DNA of 64,000 bases from Eledone cirrhosa (GCA_964016885.1 OZ024750.1:54374001-54438000), one strand, 5' to 3'. Numbered from the stretch's first letter, positions 1-16,351 are shown. Notes: generated from the sequence alone by a model not told the origin. Translations and numbers: made by a program.

Positions 1-3000
1 ATTGCTATTTGTCTGGCATGGACCTGCTTATATACCAAGTAACCACCATATCGAGAGGATGTATTGCTATTTGTTTGATAAGATCCTGCATATATCCCAA
101 CTAACAGTATCTAGTGGATGTATTGGAATTTGTTTGAGATCAATCTGCTTATAACCCAACTAACCATATCTAGTGGATGTATTGCTATTTGTCTGACATA
201 AACCTGCCTATATCCCAACTAAAGATATCTAGTCTATGTATTGCTATTTGTCTGACATGAACATGCTTATATTCCAACTAACCACCATATCTTGTGGATG
301 TATTAATATTTGTCTGGCATGAACCTACTTATATACCAAGTAACCACCATATCTTGTGGATGTACTGCTATTTGTCTGATCTGAAACTGCTTATTTCCCA
401 ACTAACCATATCAAGTGGACGTATTGCTATTTGTCTGACATCAACCTACTTATATCCCAACTAACCACCATATCTAGTGGATGTATTGATATTTGTCTGA
501 CATGAACTTGGATCATATCCCAACTAACCATATCTAGTGGATGTATTGCTATTTGACTGTATCGGACCTCCTTATATCCCAACTAACCACCCTATCTAGT
601 GAATGTATTGCTATTTGTCTGACATGAACCTGCTTATATCCCAACCAACCACCATATCTAGTGGATGTATTGCTATTCGTCTCACATGAACCTGCTTATA
701 TCCCAACTAACAGTGTCTAGTGGATCTATTGCTATTTGTCTGGTAGAAACCTGCTTGTATCCCAACTAACTATCATATCTAGTGGATATATTGCTATTTG
801 TTTGACATGAACCTGCTTATATCCCAACTAACTATATTTAGTGGATGTATTGCTATGTGTCTGACATGAAATTGCTTATATCCCAACTAACCATATCAAG
901 TGGACATAATGTTATTTGTCTGATCTGAACCTGCTTATTTCCCATCTAAACATAACTAGTGGACGTATTGCTATTTGCCTGATATGAGCCTGCTTATATC
1001 CCACCTAACCACCATATGTAGTTGAAGTTTTGCTATTTGTCTGACATGAACCTGCTTATAACCCAACTAACCACCATATCTAGTGGATGTATTGCTATTT
1101 GTATGACATGAACCTGCTTATATCCCAACTAACCACCATATCTAGTGGATGTATTGCTATTTGTATGACATGAACCTGCTTATATCCCAATTAACAGTAT
1201 CTAGTGGATGTATTGCTATTTGTCTGGCAATGACCTGCTTATATCCCAACTAACCATCATACCTAGTGGATATATTGCTATTTGTTTGACATCAATCTGC
1301 TTATATCCCAACTAACCATATCTAGTGTATGTATTGCTACTTGTCTGGCATGAACCTGTTTATATTCCAACTAACAACCATATCTAGTGGATGTATTGCT
1401 ATTTGTATGACATGAACCTGCTTATATCCCAATTAACAATATCTAGTGGATGTATTGCTATTTGTCTGGCAATGACCTGCTTATATCCCAACTAACCGTC
1501 ATACCTAGTGGATATATTGCTACTTGTTTGACATCGATCTGCTTATATCCCAACTAACCATATCTAGTGGATGTATTGCAATTTGTCTGACATGAACCTG
1601 TTTATATCCCAACAACCATATCTAGTGGATGTATTGCTATTTGCCTCATATGAGCCTGCTTATATCCCACCTAACCACCATATCTAGTGGACGTATTGCT
1701 ATTTGTCTGACATGAACCTGCTTATATCCCAACTAACCATATCTAGTGGACGTATTGTTATTTGTCTGACATGAACTTGCTTATATCCCAACTAACCACA
1801 CTATCTAGTGGATGTAGTGCTATTTGTCCGACATGAACTTTCTCATATCCCAACTAACATTATCGAGTGGATGTATTACAATTTGTCTGACATGAACATC
1901 CTTATATCCCAACTAACCACTCTATCTAGTAGATGTATTGCTATATGTCTGACATGAACCTGTTTACGTCCCAACTAACCATATCTAGTGGATGTATTGT
2001 TATTTGTCTGACCATAACCAGCTTATATCCCAAGTAACAACCATATCTAGTGGATGTACTGCTATTTGTCTGACATGAACATGCTTATATTCCAACTAAC
2101 CACCATATCTATTGGATATATTGCTATTTGTCTGACATGAACATGCTTATATCCCAACTAAACATATCTAGTGTATGTATTGCTATTTGTCTGGCATGAA
2201 CCTGTTTATATCCCAACTAACCACCATATCTAGTGGATGTATTGCTATTTGTCTGGCATGAGCCTGCTTACATGCCAACTAACCATATCTAGTGGATGTA
2301 TTGCTATTTGTCTGACATGAACCTGCTTATATCCCTACTAACCATCATACCTAGTGAATGTATATCTATTTGTTTGACATCAGTCTGCTTATATCCCAGC
2401 TAACTATATCTAGTGTATGTATTGCTATTTGTCTGGCATGAATTTGTTTATATCCCAACTAACCATATCTAGTGGATGTATTGCTATTTGTCTGACATGA
2501 ATCTGCTTATATTCCTACTAACCATCATACCTAGTGAATGTATATCTATTTGTTTGACATCAGTCTGCTTATATCCCAACTAACTATATTTAGTGTATGT
2601 ATTGCTATTTGTCTGGCATGATTCTGTTTATATCCCAACTAACCACCATATCTAGTGGATGTATTGCTATTTGAATGATGTGAACCTGCTTATATCTCAA
2701 CTAACAGTATGTAGTGGATGTATTGCTATTTGTCTGGTATGAACCTGTTTATATCCCAACTAACCACCATATCTAGTGGATGTATTGCTATTTGTCTGAC
2801 ATGAAATTGCTTATATCCCAACTAACTATGTCTAGTGGATGTATTGTTATTTGTCTGACATGAACCAGATTATATTCCAACTAACCACCATATCTATTGG
2901 ATATATTGCTATTTGTCTGACATGAACATGCTTATATCCCAATTAACCACCATATCTTGTGGATGTATTAATATTTGTCTGGCATGAACCTGCTTATATA

Positions 3001-6000
3001 CCAATTAACCACCACATCTAGTGGATGTATTGCTATTTGTCTCACATGAACCTGCTTATATTGCAACTAACCTTAACTAGTGGAACTGCTTATTTCCCAA
3101 CTAACCATATCAAGTGGACGTATTGTTATTTGTCTGACATCAACCTACTTATATCCCAACTAACCACCATAGCTAGTGGATGTATTGATATTTGTCTGAG
3201 ATGAACTTGCTTATATCCCAACTAACCATATCTAGTGGATGTATTGCTATTTGTCTGACATGAACCCGCTTATATCCTAACTAACCACCATATCTAGTGG
3301 ATGTATTGTTATTTGTCTGACACGAACATGCATATATCCTAAACAATTTATCTAGTGGAAGTATTGCTATTTGTCTGACATGAACATCGTCATATCCCAA
3401 CTAACCTTATCGAGTGGATGTATTACAATTTGTCTGACATGAACCTCCTTATATCCCAACTAACCACTCTATCTAGTGGATAATTGCTATTTGTTTGACA
3501 TGAACCAGCTTATATCCCAACTAACAGTATCTAGTGGACGTATTGTTATTTGGCTGACATGAACATGCTTATATTCCAACTAACCACCATATCTCGTGGA
3601 TGTACTGCTATTTGTCTGATCTGAACCTGCTTATTTCCCAACTAACCATATCAAGTGGATGTATTGCTATTTGCCTGATATGAGCCTGCTTATATCCTAA
3701 CTAACTACCATATCTAGTGGATGTATTGCTATTTGTCTGACATGAACATGCTTATATTCCAACTAACCACCATATCTAGTGGATGTATTGCTATTTGTCT
3801 GACATGAACGTGCTTATATCCCAATTAACCACCATATCTAGTGGATGTATTAATATTTGTCTGGCATGAACCTGCTTATATCCCAACTAACCATTTCTAG
3901 TGCATGTACTGCTATTTGTCTGATCTGAACCTGAGTATTTCTGAACTAACCATATCAAGTGGATGTATTGCTATTTGCCTGATATGAGCCTGCTTATATC
4001 CTAACTAACTACCATATCTAGTGGATGTATTGCTATTTTCCTGACATGAACATGCTTGTATCCCAACTAACCATATCTAGAGGATGTATTGCTATTTGAC
4101 TGACATGAACCTGCTTATATCCCAATTAACCACCATATCTAGTGGATGTATTAATATTTGTCTGACATGAACCTGCTTACATCCCAACTAACCATATCTA
4201 GTGGATGTATTGCTATTTTTCTGAGATGAACCTGCTTATATCCCAACTAACCACCATATCTATTGGATGTATTAATATTTGTCTGGCATGTACCAACTTA
4301 TATCCCAACTAACGATATCTCGTTGATGTATTGCTATTTGTCTGGCATGAACCTGCTTATATCTCAAGTAACCACCATATCTAGTGAATGTACTACTATT
4401 TGTCTGACATGAACCTGCTTATATACCAACTAACAATATCTAATGGATGTATTGCTATTTGTTTAGCATGAATCTGCTTATATTCCAACTAACCATATCT
4501 AGTGGATGTATTGGTATTTGTCTGACATGAACTTGCTTATATCCCAAGTAACCATATTTTGTGCAAGTAATGCTATTCGTCTGATCTGAACCTGATTATT
4601 TCCCAACTAAACATATCAAGTGGATGTATTGCTATTTGTCTGACATGAACTTGCTTTATATCCCAACTAACCATATCTAGTGGATGTACTGCTATTTGTC
4701 TTGCATGAACCTGCTGATGTCCCCACTAACCATATCTAGAGGATGTATTGCTATTTGTCTGACATGAATCTGCTTATATCTAACTAACCACCATATCTAG
4801 TGGATGTATTGCTATTTGTCTGACATGAACCTGCTTATATCCCAACTAACTTTATCGAGTGGATGTATTACAATTTGTCTGACATGAACCTCCTTATATC
4901 CCAACAAACAATATCTAGTGGATGTATTGCTATTGGTCTGACATGAACCTGCTTATATCCCAACTAACCATCATATCTAGTGGATGTATTGTTATTTGTC
5001 TGACATGAACCTGCTTATATTCTAACTAACCTTATCGAGTGCATGTATTGCTATTTGTTTGACCTGAACCTGCTTATAACCCAACTAACCACCATATCTA
5101 GTGGATGTATTGCTATTTCTCTGACATGAACCTGCTTATATCCCAACTAACCATATCTAGTGGATGTACTACTATTTGTCTGCTATGAACCTGCTTATTT
5201 CCCAACTAACCATATCAAGTGGATGTATTGCTATTTGCCTGATATGACCCTGCTTATATCCCAACTAACTACCATATCTAGTGGATGTATTGCTATTTGT
5301 CTGGCATGTACCAACTTATATCCCAACTAACTATATCTTGTTGATCTATTGCTATTTGTCTGGCATGAACCTGCTTATATCCCAACTAACCATATCTAGT
5401 GGACGTCTTGTTATTTGTCTGACATGAAGTTGCTTATATCCTAACTAACAACCATATCTAATGGATGTATTGCTATTTGTCTGACATGAACCTGCTTATA
5501 TCCCAACTAACCATATCTAGTAGATGTACTGCTATTTGTCTGGCATGAACCTGCTTATATCCCAACTAACCACTCTATCCAGTGGATGTATTTCTATTTG
5601 TCTGACATGAACCTGCTTATATCACAACTAACCACCATATCTAGGGGATGTATTGCTATTTATTTGACATGAATTTGCTTATATCCCAAGTAACCATATT
5701 TAGTGCATGTATTGCTATTTGTCTGACACGAAACTGCTTATATCCCATCTAACCATATCAAGTGGATGTATTACAATTTGTCTGCCATGAACCTGCTTAT
5801 ATCCCAACTAACCTTATCGAGTGGATGTATTACAATTTGTCTGAAATGAACCTCCTTATATCCCAACTAACCATATCTAGTGGATGTACTACTATTTGTC
5901 TGCTATGAACCTGCTTATTTCCCAACTAACCATATCAAGTGGATGTATTGCTATTTGCCTGACATGAACCTGCTTCATATCGCAACTAGCCAACATATCT

Positions 6001-9000
6001 TGTGGATGTATTGCTATTTGTCTGACATGAACTGCTTACATCCCAACTAATAATATCTAGTGGATGTATTATTATGTGTCTGACATGAACCTGCTGATAT
6101 CCCAACTAACCACAATATCTCGTGGATGTATTAATATTTGTCTGGCAAAAACCTGCTTGTATCCCAACTAACCATATCTAGTGGATGTACTTCTATTTGT
6201 CTGCTATGGACCTGCTTATTCCACAACTAACCATATTAATTGGATGTATTGCTATTTGCCTGATATGAGCCTGCTTATATCCCAACTAACTACCATATCT
6301 AGTGGATGTATTGCTATTTGTCTGGATGAACCTGCTTATATCCCAAGTAACCATATCTAGTGGATGTACTACTATTTGTCTGACATGAAGCTGCTCATAT
6401 CCCAACTAACCACCATATCTAGTGCATGTATTGCTATTTGTCTGACATAAACCTGCTTATATCCCAATAAAACCCCATATCTAGTGGATGTATTAATATT
6501 GGTCTGGCAAAAATCTGCTTGTATCCCAACTAACAATATCTAGTGGATGTACTACTATTTGTCTGCTATGAACCTGCTTATTTCCCAACTAACCATATCA
6601 ATTGGATGTATTGCTATTTGCCTGATATGAGCCTGCTTATATCCCAACTAACTACCATATCTAGTGGATGTATTGCTATCTGTCTGGTATGTACCAACTA
6701 ACTATATCTCGTTCATGTATTGCTATTTGTCTGGCATGAACCTGCTTATATCTCAAGTAACCACCATATCTAGTGGATGTATTACTATTTGTCTGACATG
6801 AACCTGCTTATATCCCAACTAACAATATCTAGGGGATGTATTGCTAATTGTCTGACATGAACCTGCTTATATCCCAACTAACCATTATATCTAGTGGATG
6901 TATTGCTATTTATTTGGCATGAATCTGCTTATATCCCAACTAACCATATCTAGTGGATGTATTGCTATTTGTCCGACATGAACCTGCTTATATCCCAACT
7001 AACAAAAATATCTAGTGGATGTATTGTTATTTGTCTGACATGAACCTGCTCATATCCCAACTAACCACCATATCTAGTGGATGTATTGCTATTTGTCTCA
7101 CATGAACCTGCTTATATCCCAACTAACATTATCTAGTGGATGTATTGCTATATGTCTGGCATGAACCTGCTTATATCCCAACTAACCATCATATCCCAGT
7201 GGATGTATTGTTATTTGTCTAACATGAACTTGCTTATATCCCAACTAACTACTGTATGTAGTGGATGTATTGCTATTTGTCTGACATAATCATGCTTATA
7301 TCCCAACTAACCATATCTAGTAGTTGTATTGCTCTTTGTCTGGCATGAACCTGTTTATATTCCAACTAACCACCATATCTAGTGGATGTATTGATATCTG
7401 TCTGACATGAACCTGGTTATATCCCAACTAAACATATCTAGTGGATGTATTGCTATTTGACTGACATGAACCTGCTTATATACCAACTAACCATATCTAG
7501 TGGATGTATTGCTATTTGTCTGTCACGAACCTCCTTATATCCCAACGAACCACCCTATCTAGTGGATGTATTGCTATTTGTCTGACATGAAGATGCTTAG
7601 ATCCCAACTAACCACCATATCTAGAGGATGTATTGCTATTTGACTGACATGAACCTGCTTATATAACAACTAACCATTTCTAGTGGATGTATTGCTATTT
7701 GTCTGTCACGAACCTCCTTATATCCCAAAGAACCACCCTATCTAGTGGATATTTGCTATTTGTCTGACATGAAGATGCTTATATCCCAACTCACCACCAT
7801 ATCTAGTGGATGTATTGCTATTTGCTGACATGAACCTGCTTATATCCCAACCAACCACCATATCTAATGGATGTATTGCTATTTGTCTGACATGAACCTG
7901 CTTATATCCCAAATAATAGAATCTAGTGGATGTATTGCTATTTGCTGACATGAACCTGCTTATATCCCAACCAACCACCATATCTACTGGATGTATTGCT
8001 ATTTGTCTGACATGAACCTGCTTATATCCCAACCAACCACCATATCTAGTGGATATATTGCTATTTATCTGGCATGAACCTGCTTATATCGCAACTAACC
8101 ATATCTAGTCGATGTATTGCTACTTGTCTGGCATGAAGATGCTTATATCCCAACTCACCACCATATCTAGTGGATATATTGCTATTTGTCTGACATGAAC
8201 CTGCTTATATCCCAACTAACCACCATATCTAGTGGATGTATTGCTATTTGTCTGACATAAACCTACTTATATTCCAAATAATAGAATGTAGTGGATGTAT
8301 TGCTATTTGTGTGACATGAACCTGCTTATATCCCAACTAACCATATCTAGTGGATGTATTGTTATTTGTAGGGCATGAACCTGCTTATATCCCAACTAAC
8401 CACCATATCTAGTGGATGTATTGCTATTTGTCTGACATGAACCTGCTTATATCCCAACTAAACATATCTAGTGTATGTATTGTTATTTGTAGGGCATGAA
8501 CCCGCTTATATCCCAACTAACCACCATATCTAGTGGATGTATTGCTATTTGTCTGACATGAACCTGCTTATATCCCAACTAAACATATCTAATGTATGTA
8601 TTGTTATTTGTAGGGCATGAACCTGCTTATATCCCAACTAACCACCATATATAGTGGTTGTATTGCTATTTGTCTGACATGAAACTGCTTATATCCCAAC
8701 TAACCATCATATCTAGTGGATATATTGCTATTTGTCTGACATGAACCTCCTTATATCCCAACTAGCCACTCTATCTAGTGGATGTATTGCTATTTGTCTG
8801 ACATGAACCAGCTTACATCCCAACTAACCATATCTAGTGGATGTATTGAAATTTGTCTGACATCAACCTGCTCATATCCCAACTAACCACCATATCTAGT
8901 GGATGTATCGCTATTTGTCTGACATGAACCTGATTATATCCCAATTAACCACCATATCTAGTGGATGTACTACTATTTGTCTGCCATGAACCTGCTTATA

Positions 9001-10705
9001 TCCCAACTAACAGTATCTAGTGGATGTATTGCCACTTGTCTGGCATGAACCTGCTTACATCCCAATTAACCATCATATCCCAGTGGATGTACTACTATTT
9101 GTCTGCTATAAACCTGCTTATATCCCAACTAACAGTATCTAGTGGATGTATTGCTATTTGTCTGACATGAACCTGGTTATATCCCAACTAACAATCTCTA
9201 GGGGATGTATTGCTATTTGTCTGACATGAACCTGCTTATATCCCAACTAACCATCATATCTAGTGGATGTATTGCTATTTGTTTGGAATGAATCTGCTTA
9301 TATCCCAACTAACCATATCTAGTGGATGTATTGCTATTTGTCTGACATGAACTTGCTCATATCCCAACGAACCATCATATCTAGTGGATGTATTGCTATT
9401 TGTTTGGCATTAATCTGCTTATATCCCAACTAACCATATCTAGTGGACGTATTGTTATTTGTCTGACATGAACCTACTTATATCCCAACTAACTTTGTCG
9501 AGTGGATGTATTACAATTTGTCTGACATGAACCTCCTTATATCCCAACTAACCACTCTATCTCGTGGATGTATTGCTATTTGTCTGACATGAACTTGCTT
9601 ATATCCCAAGTAACCATATTTAGTGTATGTATTGCTATTTGTCTGACACGAACCTGCTTATATCCCAACTAACCATATCTAGTGGATGAATTACAATTTG
9701 TCTGACATGAACCTGCGTATATCCCAACTAACCTTATCGAGTGGATGTATTACAATTTGTCTGAAATGAACCTCCTTATATCCCAACTAACTTTATTGAG
9801 TGGATGTATTACAATTTGTCTGACATGAACCTCCTTATATCCCAACTAACCACTCTATCTAGTGGATGTATTGCTATTTGTCTGACATGAACTTGCTTAT
9901 ATCCCAAGTAACCATATTTAGTGCATGTAATGCTATTCGTTTGACACAAACCTGCTTATATCCCAACTAACCTTATCTAGTGGATGTATTACAATTTATC
10001 TGAAATGAACCTCCTTATATCCCATCTAACAACTCTACCTAGTGGTTGTATTGTATTTGTCTGACATGAACCTGCTTATATCCCAACTAGCCATATCTAG
10101 TGGATATATTGTTATGTGTCTGATATGAACCTGCTTATATCCCAACTAACCATATCTACTGGATGTACTTCTATTTGTCTGCTATGAACCTGCTTATTTC
10201 CCAACTAACCATATCAAGTGGATGTATTGCTATTTGCCTGATATGAGCCTGCTTATATCCCAACTAACTACCATATCTAGTGGATATATTGCTATTTGTC
10301 TGACAGGTACTAACTTATATCCCAACTAACTATTTTTCGTTGACGTATTGCTATTTGTCTGGCATGAACCTGCTTATATCTCAAGTAACCACCATATCTA
10401 ATGGATGTATTACTATTTGTCTGACATGAACCTGCTTGTATCCCAAGTAACCATATCTAGTGGATGTATTGCTATTTGTATGACATGAACCTACTTATAT
10501 CCCAACTAACCATATCTAGTGGATGTATTGCTATTTGTATGACATGAACCTACTTATATCCCAACTAACCATATCTAGTGGATGTATTGCTATTTGTATG
10601 ACATGAACCTGCTAAGATCCCAACTAACCACCATATCTAGTCGATGTATTGCTATTTGTCTGACATGAAACTGCTTATATCCCAACTAACCACCATATCT
10701 AGTGG

Positions 10706-10772
<67 letters not shown>

Positions 10773-13110
10773 AGTAAAATAACGGAGTAAAGAACTCAGG
10801 TATACAGGATTATACGCGAGTCCTTTAATTCTATCCCAACTGACCATATCTAGTGGATGTATTGCTATTTGACTGACATGAACCTGCTTATATCCCAACT
10901 AACCATATGTAGCGGATGTATTGCTATTTGTCTGACATGAACCTGCTTATATTCCAACTAACCATATCTAGTGGATGTATTGCTATTTGACTGACATGAA
11001 CCTGTTTATATCCCAACTAACCATATGTAGCGGATGTATTGCTATTTGTCTGACATGAACCTGCTTATATCGCAACTAACCACAATATCTAGTGGATGTA
11101 TCGCTATTTGTCTGACATGATCCTGCTTATATCCAAACTAACCACCATATATAGTGGATGTATTGCTATTTATCTGACATGAACCTGCTTTTATTCCAAC
11201 TAACCATATCTAGTGGATGTATTGCTATTTGTCTGACATGAACCTGCTTTTATCGCAACTAACCACCATATCTATTTGATGTATTGCTATTTGTCTGAGA
11301 TGAACCTGCTTATGTCCCAACTAACCACCATATCTTGTGGATGTACTGCTATTTGTCTGACATGATCCTGCTTATATCCCAACTAACCACCATATCTAGT
11401 GGATGTAATGCTATTTGTCTCCCATGAACCTGCGTATATCCCAACTAACCATATCTAGTGAATGTATTAATATTTGTCTGGCATGAACCTGCTTATATTC
11501 CAACTAACCATATCTAGTCGATGTATTGCTATTTGTTTGACATAAACCTACTTACATTCCAAATAAGCACCATATCTAGTTGACGTATTGCTATTTGTCT
11601 GACATGAACTTGCTTATATCCCAAGTAACCAAATTTAGTGTATGTATTGCTATTTGTCTGACACGAACCTGCTTATATCCCAACTAACCATATCTAGTGG
11701 ATGTATTACAATTTGTCTGACATGAACCTGCGTATATCCCAACTAACCTTATCGAGTGGATATATTACAATTTGTCTGAAATGAACCTCCTTATATCCCA
11801 ATTAACCACTCTATCTAGCGGATGTATTGCTATTTGTCTGACATGAACTTGCTTATATCCCAAGTAACCATATTTAGTGCATGTAATGCTATTCGTTTGA
11901 CACAAACCTGCTTATATCCCAACTAACCATATCTAGTGGATGTATTACAATTTATCTGAAATGAACCTCCTTATATCCCATCTAACAACTCTATCTAGTG
12001 GTTGTATTGTATTTGTCTGACATGAACCTGCTTATATCCCAACTAGCCATATCTAGTGGATATATTGTTATGTGTCTGATATGAACCTGCTTATATCCCA
12101 ACTAACCACCATATCTAGTGGATGTATTAATATTTGTCTGGCATGAACCTGCTTATATCCCAACTAACCATATCTACTGGATGTACTTCTATTTGTCTGC
12201 TGTGAACCTGCTTATTTCCCAACTAACCATATCAAGTGGATGTATTGCTATTTGCCTGATATGAGCCTGCTTATATCCCAACTAACTACCATATCTAGTG
12301 GATATATTGCTATTTGTCTTGCAGGTACCAACTTATATCCCAACTAACTATATCTCGTTGATGTATTGCTATTTGTCTGGCATGAACCTGCTTATATCTC
12401 AAGTAACCATATCTAGTGGATGTATTGCTATGTGTATGACATGAACCTGCTTGTATCCCAAGTAACCATATCTAGTGGATGTATTGCTATTTGTATGACA
12501 TGAACCTACTTATATCCCAACTAACCATATCTAGTGGATGTATTGCTATTTGTATGACATGAACCTGCTTATATCCCAACTAGCCATATCTAGTGGATAT
12601 ATTGTTATGTGTCTGACATGAACCTGTTTATATCCCAATTAACCACCATATCTAGTGGATGTATTACTATTTGTCTGGCATGAACCTGCTTATATCCCAA
12701 ATAACCATATCTAGTGGATTTATTAATAATTGTCTGGCATGAACCTCCTTATATCCCAACTAACCATATCTAGTGGATGTATTGCTATTTGTCTGACATG
12801 AACCTGCTTATATCCCAAGTAAGCACAATATCTAGTGGATGTATTGCTATATTTCTGGCATGAAGCTGCTTATATCCCAAGAACCATATCTAGTGGATTT
12901 ATTGTTATTTGTCTGACATGAACATGCTTATATCCCAACTACCCACCATATCTAGTCAATGTATTGCTATTTGTCTGACATGAACCTGCTTATATCCTAA
13001 CTAACCACCATATCTAGTGGATGTATTGCTATTTGTCTTTCATGAATCTGCTTATATCGCAACTAACCATAACTAGTTGATGTATTGCTATTTGTCTGAC
13101 ATGAACCTGA
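1..13110. repeat. Satellite array, 59-bp unit with a 62-bp (+CCA) variant, roughly 215 copies, running off the window start
   Basis: Consensus CCATATCTAGTGGATGTATTGCTATTTGTCTGACATGAACCTGCTTATATCCCAACTAA(CCA). Consecutive units start at 10451, 10510 and 10569 (59-bp period). Confidence 0.97.
10707..10832 (-). mobile_element. (TA)n plus a ~60-bp non-satellite fragment inserted in the satellite; probable Penelope-like terminus
   Basis: (TA)n followed by CAAGTAAAATAACGGAGT..., which resembles the reverse complement of the sequence abutting (TA)n at 16942-16980. The Penelope assignment is inference. Confidence 0.5.
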
Positions 13111-13344
13111 CAAATTTTTCCCAGTGAAAATCATTTTAATTAGGAATAAGTATAAATTAGTAATATGTTAGTATTCAGTTTTAGTTTTAAGTTTTTACCA
13201 GTTGCACTTTTCTAATGCTTTTCTAAAATAATTTTCGAGATAGAGTGCTCGTGATGTTTGCTCTAATCTGATCAGTTTTGGGAATTCTTCCTGTTTTATG
13301 TGAAAAAAGTGGCTCCAGAGATATTAAGATTTGGTTGAACAAGT

Positions 13345-15115
13345 ACTATAAAACATACTACGAAAAGGCTGAACACTACAATCAACAGAAATTATGAGAA
13401 GTCTAAAAACTGTGATCAATCAATACAAAGAAGGACTCACTAACAAGGAATTCAGCTTCATCACAGACTTCACAAGTAAATCCAGCCTTTTCTACGGTAT
13501 CCCTAAAGTACATAAAAGCGAATTAATAAGTAAGGCATGCAAGGAAGCCACAGATAGTCATCAATGTCCCCTCACCCAATGATCTCAAATTAAGACCTAT
13601 AATAGCAGGCCCCGCTTGCGAAACCCACCGCCTTATCAACTTCATTGATACCCTTCTCAAGCCTTTTCTCAAACACATCAAAAGCTATATAAGGGACGAC
13701 CTAGATATGCTCAATCACCTCCCTAATATGCCGCTTACTGAACAAACCCTACTAGTGACGTTCGATCTAGTCAACCTATACTCCAACATCCCCCACAACC
13801 TAGGAATAGAAGCTATCCAATTCTGGCTGGATAATTACCACAATGAACTCCCACAACGCATCAAAAAAGAACTCGTGATAGAAGGACTCAAATTTATCTT
13901 GGAGAACAATTACTTCGTTTTCAATAACAAATCCTACAGGCAGAAATCTGAGACCGTTATGGGAACGAAAACGGCCCCACTTAAGGCAACCTAGTCATGG
14001 GATACCTGGAAATTACCCTCTACACTAAAGTACTAAACAAATTTGGAAACACTCTCCACTTACACATAGAAAAGAACTGGAAGCGATATCTAGATGACTG
14101 CTTCATCCTTTGGCACGAAAACATCGAGAAACTTAAAGAATTTCACACCCTTATAAATGGGCTCAACACGAATATTAACTTTACGATGGAATACAGCCAT
14201 CAACAACTCCCCTTCCTCGACATCCTCATTAAGATTCATAACAAAAAAATAGAAACAGACATATACTACAAACCCACAGACTCCAAGCAATATCTTCCTT
14301 TCAATTCTTGCCACCCTAGACACGTTAAAATTAATATTCCCTATAACTTAGGCAAGAGAATCTGTACTATAGTCTCCAATAAAAACACCTGTTACTTACG
14401 GCTACAAGAACTAAAGGACACACTCATAAGCAGGGACTACCCTGCATCACTAATTGACAATGGAATCCAACGAGCCCTAAAACTCAGTACCCAGGACCTT
14501 AGACACCCTAAAGTATATCAACCGAAACTAAAAGCTCTTCCATACATCTCCACACACAACCCCTCAACAATGAGGCCTTTGACACCATCCTCCAGAATAT
14601 CCGTGTGTTAAAAAAGGACCATAGAATGAACCAAATCCTTCGAACACACGATATCATAAAGAGCAAAAGACAATCTAAGTCAATGAAAAACATCCTAACA
14701 CATGCCAAAGTACTGCCAACCACAACAACCAAACCCACAGTAAAAAAAATACGATAGACCCAAATGTGGCATATGCATCAACCTAATAGAGGGCTCGGAA
14801 TTCTATTTCAAAGAAGGACAACGTTTTATAGTAAAACACAATTTCACATGCGCATCAGAAAATCTAATATATGTATTAACTTGCTCAGGTTGTCGAGAAC
14901 AATACATAGGCCAGACTAAAACTGCCTCCGCCAACGCATGACTGTCCATAGATCCCAAATTAAAATACGGGATTACAGAAAAATACCACTGAGTGAACAC
15001 ATTGATACCTGTGCCGCCCCAAATCATCCCAACTTTAGAATCTTTCCCCTCTACAAATTTAAAGATAATGCCACCCACACCCAGCAAGGGATCTCACTTT
15101 ATTAACAAATACGGA
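13345..15115 (+). mobile_element. Penelope-like retroelement, 5'-truncated and frameshifted (RT + GIY-YIG endonuclease)
   Basis: Penelope-type RT motifs FYGIPKVHK, LRPII, FDLVNLYSNIP, RYLDDCF, LPFLD and YYKPTD in ORFs 13394-14611. GIY-YIG-type segment NLIYVLTCSGCREQYIGQT at about 14860-14918, preceded by CxxC. Confidence 0.93.
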
Positions 15116-15492
15116 CCCCGTCTAAACACTTCTCCCTAAGACGAACCCACAACATACACACGTCAACATACATACCTACATCAGCATACATCCTACATAC
15201 ATGTCTATCCACATATAAACACAATGACATACGTAAACACACATGTCCTATTGTGCAACACAAATTTACATACCTTTTGATGTTTATAGATATAAACATG
15301 CCGACACACACACATACACATACGCACACATGTATTGCACATTGATGGGCACATACATATTTGTACACAAGTATCCCATACGGCATCACTGATTTTTCGT
15401 TTTATATTATATCACACTCTGCTCTGTAAGAACAGAGTTCTCAACTGGCATACCGCCTATGGAATACCATAGCTACCATTAAACACACACAC

Positions 15493-15524
<32 letters not shown>

Positions 15525-16351
15525 ATATATAATTTCGAGCTTAATGAGTTCATGTCATTTGAAATAGAAACAGAAAGTCATTAATATAATGGTACATCTT
15601 TTTCTTTTTTCCTAGGGCTGCTGAATCTAGAGCAATGTGGTAATCATATATAGTGATATCCAGAATTTGATAATATTTTGTTATCCTCTCTATTTTTTTC
15701 TCTTTTCCCTAAATTAGACATAACAGAGACATTACCATATATACTCAAATATAAACTGATCTAAATATAATCTAAATTCCTATTTTATGCCTGAGAAATG
15801 GGCAAAAATCGAAAACCCGTTTATAAGCTGAGGTAGCTAATCACCACATTATGTTTAGATTGTGTGGTTTTGAAATACTCATGAGTATTAAATATATTTA
15901 TGAAGTTTTAATATTTTGATGTTTAAAATGTTTTAAGTGTCGTTTAAAATATAGTTTTTGTTTCACAACTCCATTATGTAATGCATTTTTACCATTTCAT
16001 TCGTTTTATAGTTTCAACAAGTTTCTCAAACTTTTATTTACTTCTGGCCACTCACATACTGGGAGTAGTTGAAAGTAAACAATCGAATAAGAGAACTTTG
16101 TATAGGAATTCATTGAGTAGAATGAGTAGAAGTGGGAGAGAGAGGAGAGATAGAGCAAGAAAAAGAGAGGGAGAGAGAGCAATAAAATAAAATCAGATTT
16201 CTATCTTACGTTTTTAAGCATTATAGGGGTGCAGATGAAAACATGTTCATTTTAGTAGACTTGCTATCAAAGAAAATTATTTTTTCGTAACAAAGCAATT
16301 TATTTGTCTCTATTTTCCTCTAATAATATAAAACAGAGTTGCCAGTCCACT

